A stretch of DNA of 64,000 nucleotides from an uncultured Prolixibacteraceae bacterium. GTDB taxonomy: Bacteria; Bacteroidota; Bacteroidia; Bacteroidales; FEN-979. Numbering within the stretch: the stretch's first letter is position 1; every line of letters begins with the position of its first letter. A program made the position numbers and the translations under genes. Below the pieces are notes generated by a model. That model ran no database searches. It was not told where the DNA came from and saw only the letters and a list, made by a program, of their open reading frames with translations. The stretch spans positions 18,456 through 82,455 of the forward strand of contig CAYSAU010000007.1 in assembly GCA_964429135.1 (NCBI GenBank), read 5' to 3'. Positions 8,694-17,802 of the stretch are shown piece by piece.

Positions 8694-10490
8694 TTAGGGA
8701 TTATTCCCATTTCCTGTCAGTCTGGGTTCCTGAACATATGGCAGGCCAATTTCGAACCGGCTGCCCTTTCCGATTTCGCTCGATAATCCGATTTCACCTT
8801 TATGGGACAGAACAATGGCTTTAACGTAGCTGAGTCCCAGTCCGAATCCTTTGGTCATGTGAATGTTTCCCGTGCTTACCCTGAAAAATTTATCAAAAAT
8901 TTTATGCTGGGTTTCATGGTTCATTCCCATTCCGTGATCTTCAACGGCAAAGAAAAACTTCCCGGAACGGTTAAGGGTGGAGACAAGGATTTCAGGATTT
9001 GAGGCCGAATATTTATTGGCATTATCCAAAAGGTTTATGATTACGTTGCGCATATGGTCCTCATCTGCTTCAACGACTGCATGGGTGGCAGAGAATTGCA
9101 AGGTAAGGCTTCCCTGTCGCTTTTCAATCTGAAGTCTGAAATGGGAAGCCGCCTCTTCAATGAGGGAGTGCATATTCACTGTTGCAGTATTTAGCTTGAA
9201 ATCGCGGCTATCGAGTAAAGCCATTTGAAGTACTTGTTCCACACGGGCATTCATCCGGTTATTTTCTTCCTTGATGATACGGGTATACCCCCGGATCTTT
9301 TCTGGCTCATCAATGACCCTTGGATTATTGATAGAATCAGCGGCAATTGAAATGGTGGCAATAGGGGTTTTAAATTCATGGGTCATATTGTTAATGAAAT
9401 CGGTTTTAATTTCCGAGATCTTTTTCTGGCGGATCATTACTACAATGCTCGCTCCGGATGACAGGACGATAATGAGGGTAAACAATACGGAACCGATCAG
9501 TAATAAAGATAGTGATTTAAATACATGTGATTTCTGACCGGGAAAATATACAAGCAATACATCAGGCTTTTTAAATAAATCATTAGGGAAAAGTGAAACA
9601 CGATGTTCTGTGGAAAGGTTTTCCTTTTTAAAACCATTGGATTGAATGGGAATGAGATTATTTTCATTGGATGGAGTAAAAACGGCAAACTCAAAGGGGA
9701 GTTCGATCCCTTTATCAGAGATTGCTTCTTGCAGGTATGACTGCAGGTTTCTTTTATTTATTCGTTGTTGTATCGGGGCGGGACGGGCTTCCAACTCGAT
9801 GGCCATTTTTTTTATGAAAGTCTGAATTTTTTTTGCCTTTTCATCCAATCGGTGGATGTTTTTGTTGAATGATGGCTTTTTCCCTTGTTTTCTTTTTGAT
9901 TTCTGCCCATCCAATTTATCTGAGAAAGGCTTACCAAAAGCCTGAATCTCAAAAAGACGTTGATTCATTTCAAAAATGGAATCCATCTGACGGACTTGGT
10001 CATCGAATGAAAAATCCATTTCCAATGCACCAACATCAGGAACGAATGAATTGAATTCATGCATGGTTGTGAATGCAGAGTCCACCAATTCAGGTTGAAT
10101 ATGAATTTGGTAAGAATAATGCATATAACCAGGTGGGGTATGATAAATCCGGGCAATTGGAGGGGGAGGAGGCATTTGGGAAGCGTATAAAATCTCGTTT
10201 AATTGTATTAAGGAATCAAGTTTCTTTTTCATTAACCGGTTAGTGTCATTTGTAAATGCCTGAACGATTGACATAATACTATCTCCTTCAAAATTTCTGC
10301 TGATGAAGAACATATTTTCTCTGGTTTCCAATTTATTGACAGCATTGCCCAGGGCTTCATTGACACTACGGTTAAATTGTGCCTCCTTGATCTGAAATGC
10401 ATCATGGATCCACAGGTATTGGACAAAAATTATCCCGATCAGGGAGATACAGATGGAAGCGATCAGAATATATAGCATTTTCTTATTCAT
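8694..10490 (-). CDS. Sensor histidine kinase with a large extracytoplasmic domain
   Basis: N-terminal TM helix, a loop of about 300 aa, a second TM helix, an H-box (MTHEFKTPIATI), an N-box (LLDNANKY) and G-boxes (DHGMGM, GFGLGLS). Confidence 0.9.
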   Translation of the reverse strand: MNKKMLYILIASICISLIGIIFVQYLWIHDAFQIKEAQFNRSVNEALGNAVNKLETRENMFFISRNFEGDSIMSIVQAFTNDTNRLMKKKLDSLIQLNEILYASQMPPPPPIARIYHTPPGYMHYSYQIHIQPELVDSAFTTMHEFNSFVPDVGALEMDFSFDDQVRQMDSIFEMNQRLFEIQAFGKPFSDKLDGQKSKRKQGKKPSFNKNIHRLDEKAKKIQTFIKKMAIELEARPAPIQQRINKRNLQSYLQEAISDKGIELPFEFAVFTPSNENNLIPIQSNGFKKENLSTEHRVSLFPNDLFKKPDVLLVYFPGQKSHVFKSLSLLLIGSVLFTLIIVLSSGASIVVMIRQKKISEIKTDFINNMTHEFKTPIATISIAADSINNPRVIDEPEKIRGYTRIIKEENNRMNARVEQVLQMALLDSRDFKLNTATVNMHSLIEEAASHFRLQIEKRQGSLTLQFSATHAVVEADEDHMRNVIINLLDNANKYSASNPEILVSTLNRSGKFFFAVEDHGMGMNHETQHKIFDKFFRVSTGNIHMTKGFGLGLSYVKAIVLSHKGEIGLSSEIGKGSRFEIGLPYVQEPRLTGNGNNP

Positions 10491-10529
10491 AAAGCAAAAA
10501 TAGGCATTTGAACTTCTGATATTTAATGA

Positions 10530-10566
10530 TTAACGTTTCCTTAACCATTTTTAACGCTCCCTTAAC
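10530..10566. promoter_or_regulatory. Four direct TTAAC repeats at 10-11 bp phasing (candidate OmpR-family binding array)
   Basis: TTAAC starts at 10530, 10541, 10551 and 10562. The array lies in the divergent region between the kinase operon and ORF 10622, just upstream of a -7 box. Confidence 0.45.
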
Positions 10567-10588
10567 ATTTTCCCCTGAATCCTTGCAA

Positions 10589-10596
10589 TAGTTTTG
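10589..10596 (+). promoter_or_regulatory. Candidate -7 box TAGTTTTG for ORF 10622..11308
   Basis: A TAnnTTTG match 26 nt upstream of the ATG. Confidence 0.4.
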
Positions 10597-10621
10597 CATT
10601 ATAACAATAAATTTAATCATC

Positions 10622-11308
10622 ATGAAAAAAAGACTCTTTCCAGGAAAATACATATTAGCAACGGGGTTGCTATGGGTGTTTATTATTTTCCTTCTTCATC
10701 CAGTCAATGCCCAGGAAAATGATAATAAGGAATCGAAGAAGACAGTACACTTAAAAATTCTTTCTAAAGAGGATGGTAATACCAAGGTGATCGATACAAC
10801 TTTCGATTTAACCTCAGGGATTGATCATGAAGAACTACAAGCCATGCTGAAAGAACTCAAAACAATGAAAGGCATGAAATTTGGATATGACGACATAGAT
10901 TTCAGATTCGATATACCCTGCTTGCCTGACATGGACGTTGAAAAATTTTCGGATTTCAATGGTGGAAATTTTTATTCCATGCCTGAAATGAGGATGCCTC
11001 AAAGGGGTCATGGCGATTTATCCGATATTTTAGGCAGAATACCCATGGAAAGAGTGAAAAGTTATTCTGTTAAAGATCGAAAAGGTGGGAAAAGAATTAT
11101 CATTGATGTCGAGGATGCTCCTTTTTTCCTTCAGGAAGATCGTGTCGTGGTAATTAAGCAACCCCGTTCATTTGGTCATCTGGGAAAGGGAAATAAGAAA
11201 AAGAAGATCATTTACGAACAAGGTCAACCTGGTCCCCCACTTCCTCCTGCAATACCTGAAAAACCTCTTCCACCGTCAAATGAAAAACAGGATACGCCTG
11301 AGATATAG
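10622..11308 (+). CDS. Hypothetical secreted protein with a Pro-rich C-terminus
   Basis: Signal peptide (LLWVFIIFLLHPVNAQ) and C-terminal PGPPLPPAIPEKPLPPS. I do not recognise a family. Confidence 0.6.
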   Translation: MKKRLFPGKYILATGLLWVFIIFLLHPVNAQENDNKESKKTVHLKILSKEDGNTKVIDTTFDLTSGIDHEELQAMLKELKTMKGMKFGYDDIDFRFDIPCLPDMDVEKFSDFNGGNFYSMPEMRMPQRGHGDLSDILGRIPMERVKSYSVKDRKGGKRIIIDVEDAPFFLQEDRVVVIKQPRSFGHLGKGNKKKKIIYEQGQPGPPLPPAIPEKPLPPSNEKQDTPEI

Positions 11309-11350
11309 TTTTTTTCGTTTTAATACCTGTAATTTTGATTATCATTGCGC

Positions 11351-11378
11351 AGGCTGCCGGATTACCGGCAGCCTTTTT
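11351..11378 (+). terminator. Intrinsic terminator of ORF 10622..11308
   Basis: aggctgccgg-atta-ccggcagcct followed by ttttt. Confidence 0.75.
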
Positions 11379-11381
11379 AGC

Positions 11382-11410
11382 AAAAAAAAGCTGCACTTTC
11401 TGGTGCAGCT
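11382..11410 (-). terminator. Intrinsic terminator of the second hydrogenase operon
   Basis: On the minus strand, aagctgcac-cagaaa-gtgcagctt is followed by tttttttt. Confidence 0.7.
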
Positions 11411-11428
11411 TAAAACTACTTAGAAGGG

Positions 11429-13222
11429 TTAGTATCTCTTTCGTGGAGTATAGTGAGTATGGAGTAGTTCATGTGATTTATGGCCCAGGGGTTTTTCCAG
11501 AAACTCCTCGTAGATCGCGATTATTTCAGGATTTTCATGAGATTTTCTGATGGTCATTCCCATGTCTTCTTCATAGATTGCTGTCTTACGTTTTGAACGT
11601 ATCTCGGGATTTGTGGGAATAGGTTGTCCTCCGCCTCCCAAGCATCCGCCAGGGCAGGCCATAATTTCAATAAAGTGATAATTGGCAGAGCCATCTTTAA
11701 CATTCTGCATTACTTTTTTTGCATTGGCCAGACCATTGGCAACCACACATTTCAACTCTACCCCTTCCAGGAAATTCCATTCAGGTTTGGTTCGTTCAAT
11801 TTTTATGGAAGCTTCCCTGATTTCTCCTTCAGAACCTCTTACCGGAGTAATGTTCAAGCCTTCGAAGGGAACTTCACGACCGGTAACTACTTCATAAGCC
11901 GTTCTCAAAGCAGCTTCCATTACCCCTCCGGTAGAACCGAAGATCACTGCGGCACCGGTGGAGGATCCCATGATACTGTCAAAGTGCTCATCAGGAAGGG
12001 AATCAAAATCCAGGCCTGCCTGTTTGATCATGATGGCTAACTCTCTTGTGGTTAATACGTAATCCACATCTTTATAGCCGCTCGAGCGCATTTCAGGGCG
12101 GTCAGCTTCGAATTTTTTGGCCGTACATGGCATGATGGAAACGGACACTATGTTTTTCGGATCGAGTTTCCGTTTCTGGGCGTAATATGTTTTAGCAAGA
12201 GCTCCGAACATTTGTTGGGGCGATTTGCAGGAAGAAACATTTGGAAGATATTCAGGGAAGGTGTGTTCGATAAATTTTATCCAGCCCGGGGAGCAGGATG
12301 TAGTCATCGGAAGAGCAATGCTGGGGTCTTTATCAACCAGTGCTTTCTTGAGTCGTGTCAGGAGCTCATTGCCTTCTTCGATGATGGTTAGATCGGCAGT
12401 GAAATCGGTGTCAAGGACTGAATTAAAACCAAGTCTTTTCAGTGCAGCGACCATTTTTCCTGTAACAATTTTTCCAGGAGGCATACCCAATGCCTCTCCA
12501 AGTGCAATGCGAACGGCTGGTGCAGTTTGTACTACTACGTGTTGTGTTGTATCATATATGGCATCCCAAACCTGATCAATATAGTTACGCTCGATCAGGG
12601 CTCCGGTCGGACAGCGATTCACACATTGTCCACAGTTGGTACAGACAACTTCAAAGAGTGGATGCTCAAAGAAAGTGGATATTTTCATCTTGTCGCCCTT
12701 ATAGGCTACGCTTAAGGCAGAGACACTTTGAATTTCTTCACATGTCCTCACACAGCGTTGACAACGAATGCATCGGCTGTCATCTTTTATGATAGCCGAG
12801 TTAAACATGTCGATAGAATATTTCTTATCTGGAACAAGGTCAAGGAATAAATGATCTCCGGTAAGCATTTGGGATGCCAGTCCCTGGAGTTCACAATTCC
12901 CGTTTTTATAACATTTGGTGCAATCTGCATTATGCTCCGATAATAACAGTTCAACGATGTGTTTCCTTGCCATTCGAACCTTCATGCTGTTGGTGTATAT
13001 CACCATCCCTTCAGAAGCTGGCATAGCACAGGCTGCAGGAAGTGTTTTGGCTTTTTCCTGTTCTACCACGCAAACCCTGCAATTTCCTGCAACACAGAGA
13101 TCTTCATGATAACAAAGGGTGGGAATATGGATATTCAGTTGATGGGCAGCTTCGAGGATGGTTGTACCTTCCTCCACACTTACACTGATACCATCGATGG
13201 TTAAATTAATTTTCTTTGCCAT
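11429..13222 (-). CDS. hydA: [FeFe]-hydrogenase catalytic subunit paralog with variant L1 motif TSCSPGW
   Basis: Same domain order as 3621..5393. MPCTAKKFE and EIMACPGGCLGGGGQP are present. L1 reads TSCSPGW, confirmed in the DNA as tcc tgc tcc ccg ggc tgg. Confidence 0.9.
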   Translation of the reverse strand: MAKKINLTIDGISVSVEEGTTILEAAHQLNIHIPTLCYHEDLCVAGNCRVCVVEQEKAKTLPAACAMPASEGMVIYTNSMKVRMARKHIVELLLSEHNADCTKCYKNGNCELQGLASQMLTGDHLFLDLVPDKKYSIDMFNSAIIKDDSRCIRCQRCVRTCEEIQSVSALSVAYKGDKMKISTFFEHPLFEVVCTNCGQCVNRCPTGALIERNYIDQVWDAIYDTTQHVVVQTAPAVRIALGEALGMPPGKIVTGKMVAALKRLGFNSVLDTDFTADLTIIEEGNELLTRLKKALVDKDPSIALPMTTSCSPGWIKFIEHTFPEYLPNVSSCKSPQQMFGALAKTYYAQKRKLDPKNIVSVSIMPCTAKKFEADRPEMRSSGYKDVDYVLTTRELAIMIKQAGLDFDSLPDEHFDSIMGSSTGAAVIFGSTGGVMEAALRTAYEVVTGREVPFEGLNITPVRGSEGEIREASIKIERTKPEWNFLEGVELKCVVANGLANAKKVMQNVKDGSANYHFIEIMACPGGCLGGGGQPIPTNPEIRSKRKTAIYEEDMGMTIRKSHENPEIIAIYEEFLEKPLGHKSHELLHTHYTPRKRY

Positions 13223-13255
13223 ATCTTTTTTTCGGATTATCTTGTTAATAATGGT

Positions 13256-14422
13256 TTAATAAATCATCTCTTCCTTGAAGTTGTTCACGATGGAAGAGAA
13301 AGAATTGGCTACCGACTGGCCAAGACCGCATTTTGCCGTGATCTTCATGCTTTCACTGAGTTTCATTAACTGATCAAGATAAGCAGCTTTTTTCTCTCCT
13401 TTTTTTACGGCAACAATACCTTTCTTAAGTTGTTGGCATCCGACCCGACAGGGTGTACATTGACCACAAGATTCTTCTTCAAAAAACTCAAGATAATTAT
13501 GGAGAACATTGTACATGGAGCGGGAACTATTGAAAAGCATCATGGATCCTCCGGTTGGGACACCTTCAAAACCGATGATGGTATCTTTGAATTTTTTTCT
13601 GGGTACGCAAAAACCTGAGGCTCCTCCAACCTGAACGGCTTTGGTGTCACCATCGCCGAATTCATCAACAAAACGATCAAGTGACATGCCTAATTCCAGT
13701 TCATAGATTCCCGGGATGGGGGTATCGCCTGAAACGGAAAAAACTTTAGATCCGCGGGAGTCGGTAGTTCCGAGTTTTTTGTACTGTTCAGGCCCCAGGC
13801 GCATGATCATGACAACGTTGACAAATGTTTCCACGTTATTGATTACGGTGGGTTTTTTCATAAAACCAGAAGTAGTGGGATAGGGGGGTTTATTTCGGGG
13901 TTCTCCTCGGCTTCCTTCCATAGAATCAAATAGTGCACTTTCTTCACCGCAGATGTAGGCGCCGGCGCCAAGTCGAATTTCGATAGAAAAATCATGCCCC
14001 AGTTTTTTTGCATGCTCATGATAAGTTTCCAATTCCCTGGTTAGTTCGGGCAATAAAAATTTATATTCCCCGCGCAAATACATATACCCTTTCTTTGCTC
14101 CAATCACCTTCCCGCAAATGGCCATTCCCGAAAATACTTTTCTGGGAACCCTGCTGAGAATTTCACGGTCTTTAAAAGTACCCGGTTCACCTTCATCTGC
14201 ATTGCAGATCACATATTTTTCATCGCCCGGGGTTTCAGCAGTATATTTCCATTTCATAGCCGTTGGGAAACCTGCTCCACCTCTTCCACGTAAACCAGAA
14301 TCGAGTAAATCTTTTAAAATTTCTTCATTCGATTTTTTCAGGGTTTCGGCCAGGATTTTATATTTAACATTGGAATATTCGCCGAATATGAGGTCAACTC
14401 TTTTTAATGTAGCTTCTGACAT
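13256..14422 (-). CDS. hydB: Minimal NuoF-like HydB (FMN/NADH core and N3 cluster only)
   Basis: Shows GLRGRGGAGFPT, CNADEGEPGTF, EESCGQCTPCR and KCGLGQS. At 388 aa it has no N-terminal 2Fe-2S domain and no C-terminal 2x[4Fe-4S] domain. Confidence 0.9.
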   Translation of the reverse strand: MSEATLKRVDLIFGEYSNVKYKILAETLKKSNEEILKDLLDSGLRGRGGAGFPTAMKWKYTAETPGDEKYVICNADEGEPGTFKDREILSRVPRKVFSGMAICGKVIGAKKGYMYLRGEYKFLLPELTRELETYHEHAKKLGHDFSIEIRLGAGAYICGEESALFDSMEGSRGEPRNKPPYPTTSGFMKKPTVINNVETFVNVVMIMRLGPEQYKKLGTTDSRGSKVFSVSGDTPIPGIYELELGMSLDRFVDEFGDGDTKAVQVGGASGFCVPRKKFKDTIIGFEGVPTGGSMMLFNSSRSMYNVLHNYLEFFEEESCGQCTPCRVGCQQLKKGIVAVKKGEKKAAYLDQLMKLSESMKITAKCGLGQSVANSFSSIVNNFKEEMIY

Positions 14423-14448
14423 GATATAGTCTCCTTTTTATGTTTAAA

Positions 14449-14913
14449 TTATTTATTCATGTACTCGCTGATGATCTCATGAATCCGCTCTGGGGTCAAC
14501 CCGGAATAAGGTTTTTCATTGATCAACATGGCCGGTCCTTCATGACACCAACCCAGGCAGTTCGTTTCAAGAAGAGTGAACTTTTTATTGGTCGTTGTTT
14601 CACCCACCTTGATTTTAAGCATGTCTTCGAGGGTCTGAATGATCTGCTTCTTTCCATGCATGTCGCAGGTGATCGTTTTACAAACACGGATGATATATTT
14701 CCCACGGGGTTCAGTATCCAGAAAAGAATAAAAAGTCGCGGTGCCATATACCTGAGCTGCAGAAAGATCCAATTCTTTAGCAATATCAGTCATATAAACA
14801 TCCGACAGGTAATTCTCCTTTTCAATAACCCCCTGTAAAATAGGCAGAAGACTGCTCCTGTTTCTGCCATATTTATCAGCTAATTCCTTTATAAATTCTT
14901 TACTTTCGGTCAT
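14449..14913 (-). CDS. hydC: NuoE/HydC-like [2Fe-2S] subunit
   Basis: Shows VCKTITCDMHG ... TNCLGWCHEGP. It is the first gene of the hydC-hydB-hydA operon. Confidence 0.85.
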   Translation of the reverse strand: MTESKEFIKELADKYGRNRSSLLPILQGVIEKENYLSDVYMTDIAKELDLSAAQVYGTATFYSFLDTEPRGKYIIRVCKTITCDMHGKKQIIQTLEDMLKIKVGETTTNKKFTLLETNCLGWCHEGPAMLINEKPYSGLTPERIHEIISEYMNK

Positions 14914-14968
14914 AACGATTGGATTAATGGATGAAAAAAATGTTTTGTTTCCTGGTTAAATGTAATCA

Positions 14969-14986
14969 TTGTGAAACGGTTAACAA
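14969..14986. promoter_or_regulatory. Rex-like operator TTGTGAAACGGTTAACAA
   Basis: Matches 13/14 of TTGTGAA-N4-TTCACAA. It lies just downstream of the candidate -7 box, over the predicted TSS. Confidence 0.55.
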
Positions 14987-14994
14987 TTATGGAA

Positions 14995-15002
14995 CAAAAT
15001 TA
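14995..15002 (-). promoter_or_regulatory. Candidate -7 box TAATTTTG for the hydC-hydB-hydA operon
   Basis: Plus-strand CAAAATTA, about 82 nt upstream of the hydC start. Confidence 0.4.
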
Positions 15003-15012
15003 TCATTTTCTT

Positions 15013-15030
15013 TTGTTATTCCTTTCACAA
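15013..15030. promoter_or_regulatory. Rex-like operator (TTGTGAAAGGAATAACAA on the minus strand)
   Basis: Matches 12/14 of the consensus and is 17/18 identical to 7708..7725. It overlaps the expected -33 region. Confidence 0.5.
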
Positions 15031-15108
15031 TTCCCTGTTTTTTCCCATTCTTGAGAAATTTATAGTTAGTCTAAATAATTATCCGGAATTTAAGAGGGAA
15101 AGAATCAG

Positions 15109-15116
15109 TATTTTTG
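15109..15116 (+). promoter_or_regulatory. Candidate -7 box TATTTTTG for truA
   Basis: A TAnnTTTG match 21 nt before the TTG start. Confidence 0.4.
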
Positions 15117-15136
15117 TTTTTTGGATCAAAAAGTTA

Positions 15137-15901
15137 TTGAATTTGCAACGATATTTCGTTAAATTAGTCTATCAAGGAACTAAATTTCATGGATGGCAAC
15201 GCCAACCCAACGGAATTTCTGTTCAGCAATCCATTGAGGAAGCAATCAGCCTGATACTTCGTTCTCCTGTTGCCCTTACCGGCGCCGGACGTACTGATGC
15301 CGGAGTTCATGCCCTTGAATATTATGCTCATTTTGATTTAAAAAAAGAGATTTCTCCCACGGAACTGAAGAAACTTGTATTTAAACTCAATTCATTTCTC
15401 ACGGAAGATATTGCAATATTTGATATTTTTCCTGTAACACCCCGGATGCATGCAAGATTTTCAGCTGTTTCCAGGACATACAAATATTATATTTCCACCA
15501 TTAAAAACCCATTCAGGCATGAATTCTCTCATTTTCTTTTTGGAAAGATAGACCTGGATTTAATGAATCAGGGAGTAGCATTATTAATGGAAGTTTCCGA
15601 CTTCACTTCATTCTCCAAAGTGGGTACCGATACGAAAACCAATATTTGCCACGTAATCTCTGCGCATTGGGAGAGGTGTGATCAGGAACTTGTTTTTACA
15701 ATCACTGCGGATAGGTTCTTGAGAAATATGGTAAGAGCTATTGTCGGGACATTGCTTCAATTGGGAACAGGAAAGATCACCATAGAAGAGATGAAGGCGA
15801 TCATTGTCAGCAGGAATCGCTCAAATGCCGGGGATTCGGTTCCAGCATGCGGATTGTTTCTGGTAAAAATTGATTATCCTCCCGATGCTTTTCTTAGGTA
15901 G
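15137..15901 (+). CDS. truA: tRNA pseudouridine(38-40) synthase TruA (TTG start)
   Basis: Shows YQGTKFHGWQRQPN, GAGRTDAGVHA and FLRNMVR. Confidence 0.9.
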   Translation: MNLQRYFVKLVYQGTKFHGWQRQPNGISVQQSIEEAISLILRSPVALTGAGRTDAGVHALEYYAHFDLKKEISPTELKKLVFKLNSFLTEDIAIFDIFPVTPRMHARFSAVSRTYKYYISTIKNPFRHEFSHFLFGKIDLDLMNQGVALLMEVSDFTSFSKVGTDTKTNICHVISAHWERCDQELVFTITADRFLRNMVRAIVGTLLQLGTGKITIEEMKAIIVSRNRSNAGDSVPACGLFLVKIDYPPDAFLR

Positions 15902-16865
15902 ATTCATGTTTCCGTTGTAATAATCCGATCACGGCCATTTGTATGGCAGCAGCGTTCATTTTATATTTAGCCATTAATTCTTCCGGTTGCCCTGATTCCC
16001 CGAAACTATTATTCATCCCGATAAAATCCATAGGGACGGGACAATGCCTGGAAAGCAGTTCTGCCACAGATCCTCCCAACCCACCTGCCACCTGATGTTC
16101 TTCTGCAGTAATCACAGCATTGGTTTCCTTTGCAGCCCGAATAATAGTTTCCTCATCCAGGGGTTTTATGGTATGAACATTAATCACCCTTATGGTAATT
16201 CCTTTTTGTTTCATTTCGTAAGCTGCTTGTAATGCTTCCCAAACCATATGTCCGGTAGCGATTACGGTGATGTCCATTCCTGGGTTCAGTTCCTGGGCTT
16301 TTTCAATTCTGAAACCCATTTCTTCATGAGTGAAGTCAGGCCTGGGTTCACGCCCAAACCGTATATAAACGGGACCTTTGCATTGTATCAAAGCGGCCTG
16401 CACAGCAAGTTTGGTTTGGGTGGCATCACATGGGGAAAGAACGGTCATATTGGGTAGTACACGCATGATCGCGAGATCTTCCAAGGCTTGATGAGTGGCT
16501 CCATCAGGGCCCACAGAGACGCCTGCGTGGGCCCCTCCGATGATGACATGTAAATTATTATAACAAACTGATACACGTATCTGGTCAGCAGATCTTAAGG
16601 CCGAGAAAACACCATAGGTTGCAAATACGGGAATTTTTCCACCGAGAGCAAGACCCGCTGCTACGGCAACACAGTTTTGCTCGGCAATTCCCAGGCTGAA
16701 AAAACGATCCGGAAATCGTTCAGCAAATAAATTGACTCCGACGGAAGCAGTAATATCGGCTCCCAAAGCAATGATACGGGGATCAAGTTCCCCAGCCCTC
16801 AGCAAACCTTCACCAAATCCTGTTTTAGTTGCCTTATTACCCCTGTTATTTAATGTTATGGGCAT
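15894..16865 (-). CDS. Transketolase, C-terminal (pyrimidine-binding) subunit
   Basis: Shows GFGEGLL, GIAEQN and GPDGATHQALEDLA. The start is chosen at MPITLNN. The 3' end overlaps truA by 8 nt (convergent). Confidence 0.88.
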   Translation of the reverse strand: MPITLNNRGNKATKTGFGEGLLRAGELDPRIIALGADITASVGVNLFAERFPDRFFSLGIAEQNCVAVAAGLALGGKIPVFATYGVFSALRSADQIRVSVCYNNLHVIIGGAHAGVSVGPDGATHQALEDLAIMRVLPNMTVLSPCDATQTKLAVQAALIQCKGPVYIRFGREPRPDFTHEEMGFRIEKAQELNPGMDITVIATGHMVWEALQAAYEMKQKGITIRVINVHTIKPLDEETIIRAAKETNAVITAEEHQVAGGLGGSVAELLSRHCPVPMDFIGMNNSFGESGQPEELMAKYKMNAAAIQMAVIGLLQRKHEST

Positions 16866-16947
16866 TTTTATGAATATACTAAGCAGCAATGCATCAATCT
16901 ACAAATACACAAATATTTATATAATCACCTTGTTCGCTGTTACCTTG

Positions 16948-17799
16948 TCACTTTGATACTTCATTTCCCTGCCCTAGTTCAATTAAAAAACCTTCCACCT
17001 GCTCTTTGGTAGGCACTTTTCCATGCCAGTGATAATCTCCTTCAATGCTTTTCACTCCTTTTCCCATTATGGTATGGGCAATAATCACGGAAGGTTGTTC
17101 AGGTCTTTCTTTTCTTTTTTCGAAAGCAATTAAAATGGAAGGAAAATCATGTCCGTCACATTCAATTACCTGCCATCCGAAAGCATCCCATTTTTTTAAA
17201 AGGGGCTCAATTTTCATGACAGTTGCAGTGTTGCCGTCAATTTGTAAGCCATTCCGGTCAACAATGGCGGTAAGATTGCCCAATTGATGATGGGCTGCCG
17301 ACATGGCTGCTTCCCATACTGATCCTTCCTGTAATTCTCCATCTCCAAGGATACAGTATGTTTGACTGTCTGACCGGTCAATTTTATTGGCCAGGGACAA
17401 TCCAACGGCAACGCCCAGACCTTGACCGAGAGAACCGGCTGAAAGTTCTATTCCCGGTAATCCATGATCTCTTCCGGGATGTCCTTGAAGCCGGCTGCCA
17501 AGTTTACGAAGGGTGAGCAACTCTTCCCTGGGAAAATATCCTGAATGAGCCAGGGTGGCATAAAGAACAGGAGCCACATGACCGATGGATAGGATTACTC
17601 GGTCACGATTAGGCCAATCAGGCTTTTCCGGGTTATGTCGCAGGATAGCAAAATATAAAGCTGTAAAAATATCAGTCAGCCCAAGGGAGCCACCAAGATG
17701 ACCGGATCCGGCTTCGCAAAGGGAAAGAATGACCGATTTTCGTATCGAACATGCGATTTTTGCCAAAGAGATGTGATCGTTTACTGTAGTGTCCATCAC
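16948..17799 (-). CDS. Transketolase, N-terminal (TPP-binding) subunit
   Basis: Shows GSGHLGGSLG, SIGHVAP and ILGDGELQEGSVWEA. Confidence 0.9.
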   Translation of the reverse strand: MMDTTVNDHISLAKIACSIRKSVILSLCEAGSGHLGGSLGLTDIFTALYFAILRHNPEKPDWPNRDRVILSIGHVAPVLYATLAHSGYFPREELLTLRKLGSRLQGHPGRDHGLPGIELSAGSLGQGLGVAVGLSLANKIDRSDSQTYCILGDGELQEGSVWEAAMSAAHHQLGNLTAIVDRNGLQIDGNTATVMKIEPLLKKWDAFGWQVIECDGHDFPSILIAFEKRKERPEQPSVIIAHTIMGKGVKSIEGDYHWHGKVPTKEQVEGFLIELGQGNEVSK

Positions 17800-17802
17800 T
17801 GA

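Noticed and set aside
9700-10200. A PPPPP run in the kinase sensor domain that could act as an EF-P-dependent stalling site.
   Set aside because: Polyproline runs are common. Nothing in the sequence suggests a regulatory role.
10495-10502. A TATTTTTG -7-box match on the minus strand upstream of the histidine kinase.
   Set aside because: It ends only 4 nt from the annotated ATG, so the TSS would fall inside the CDS. It would work only if the kinase started at a downstream Met, which I cannot support.
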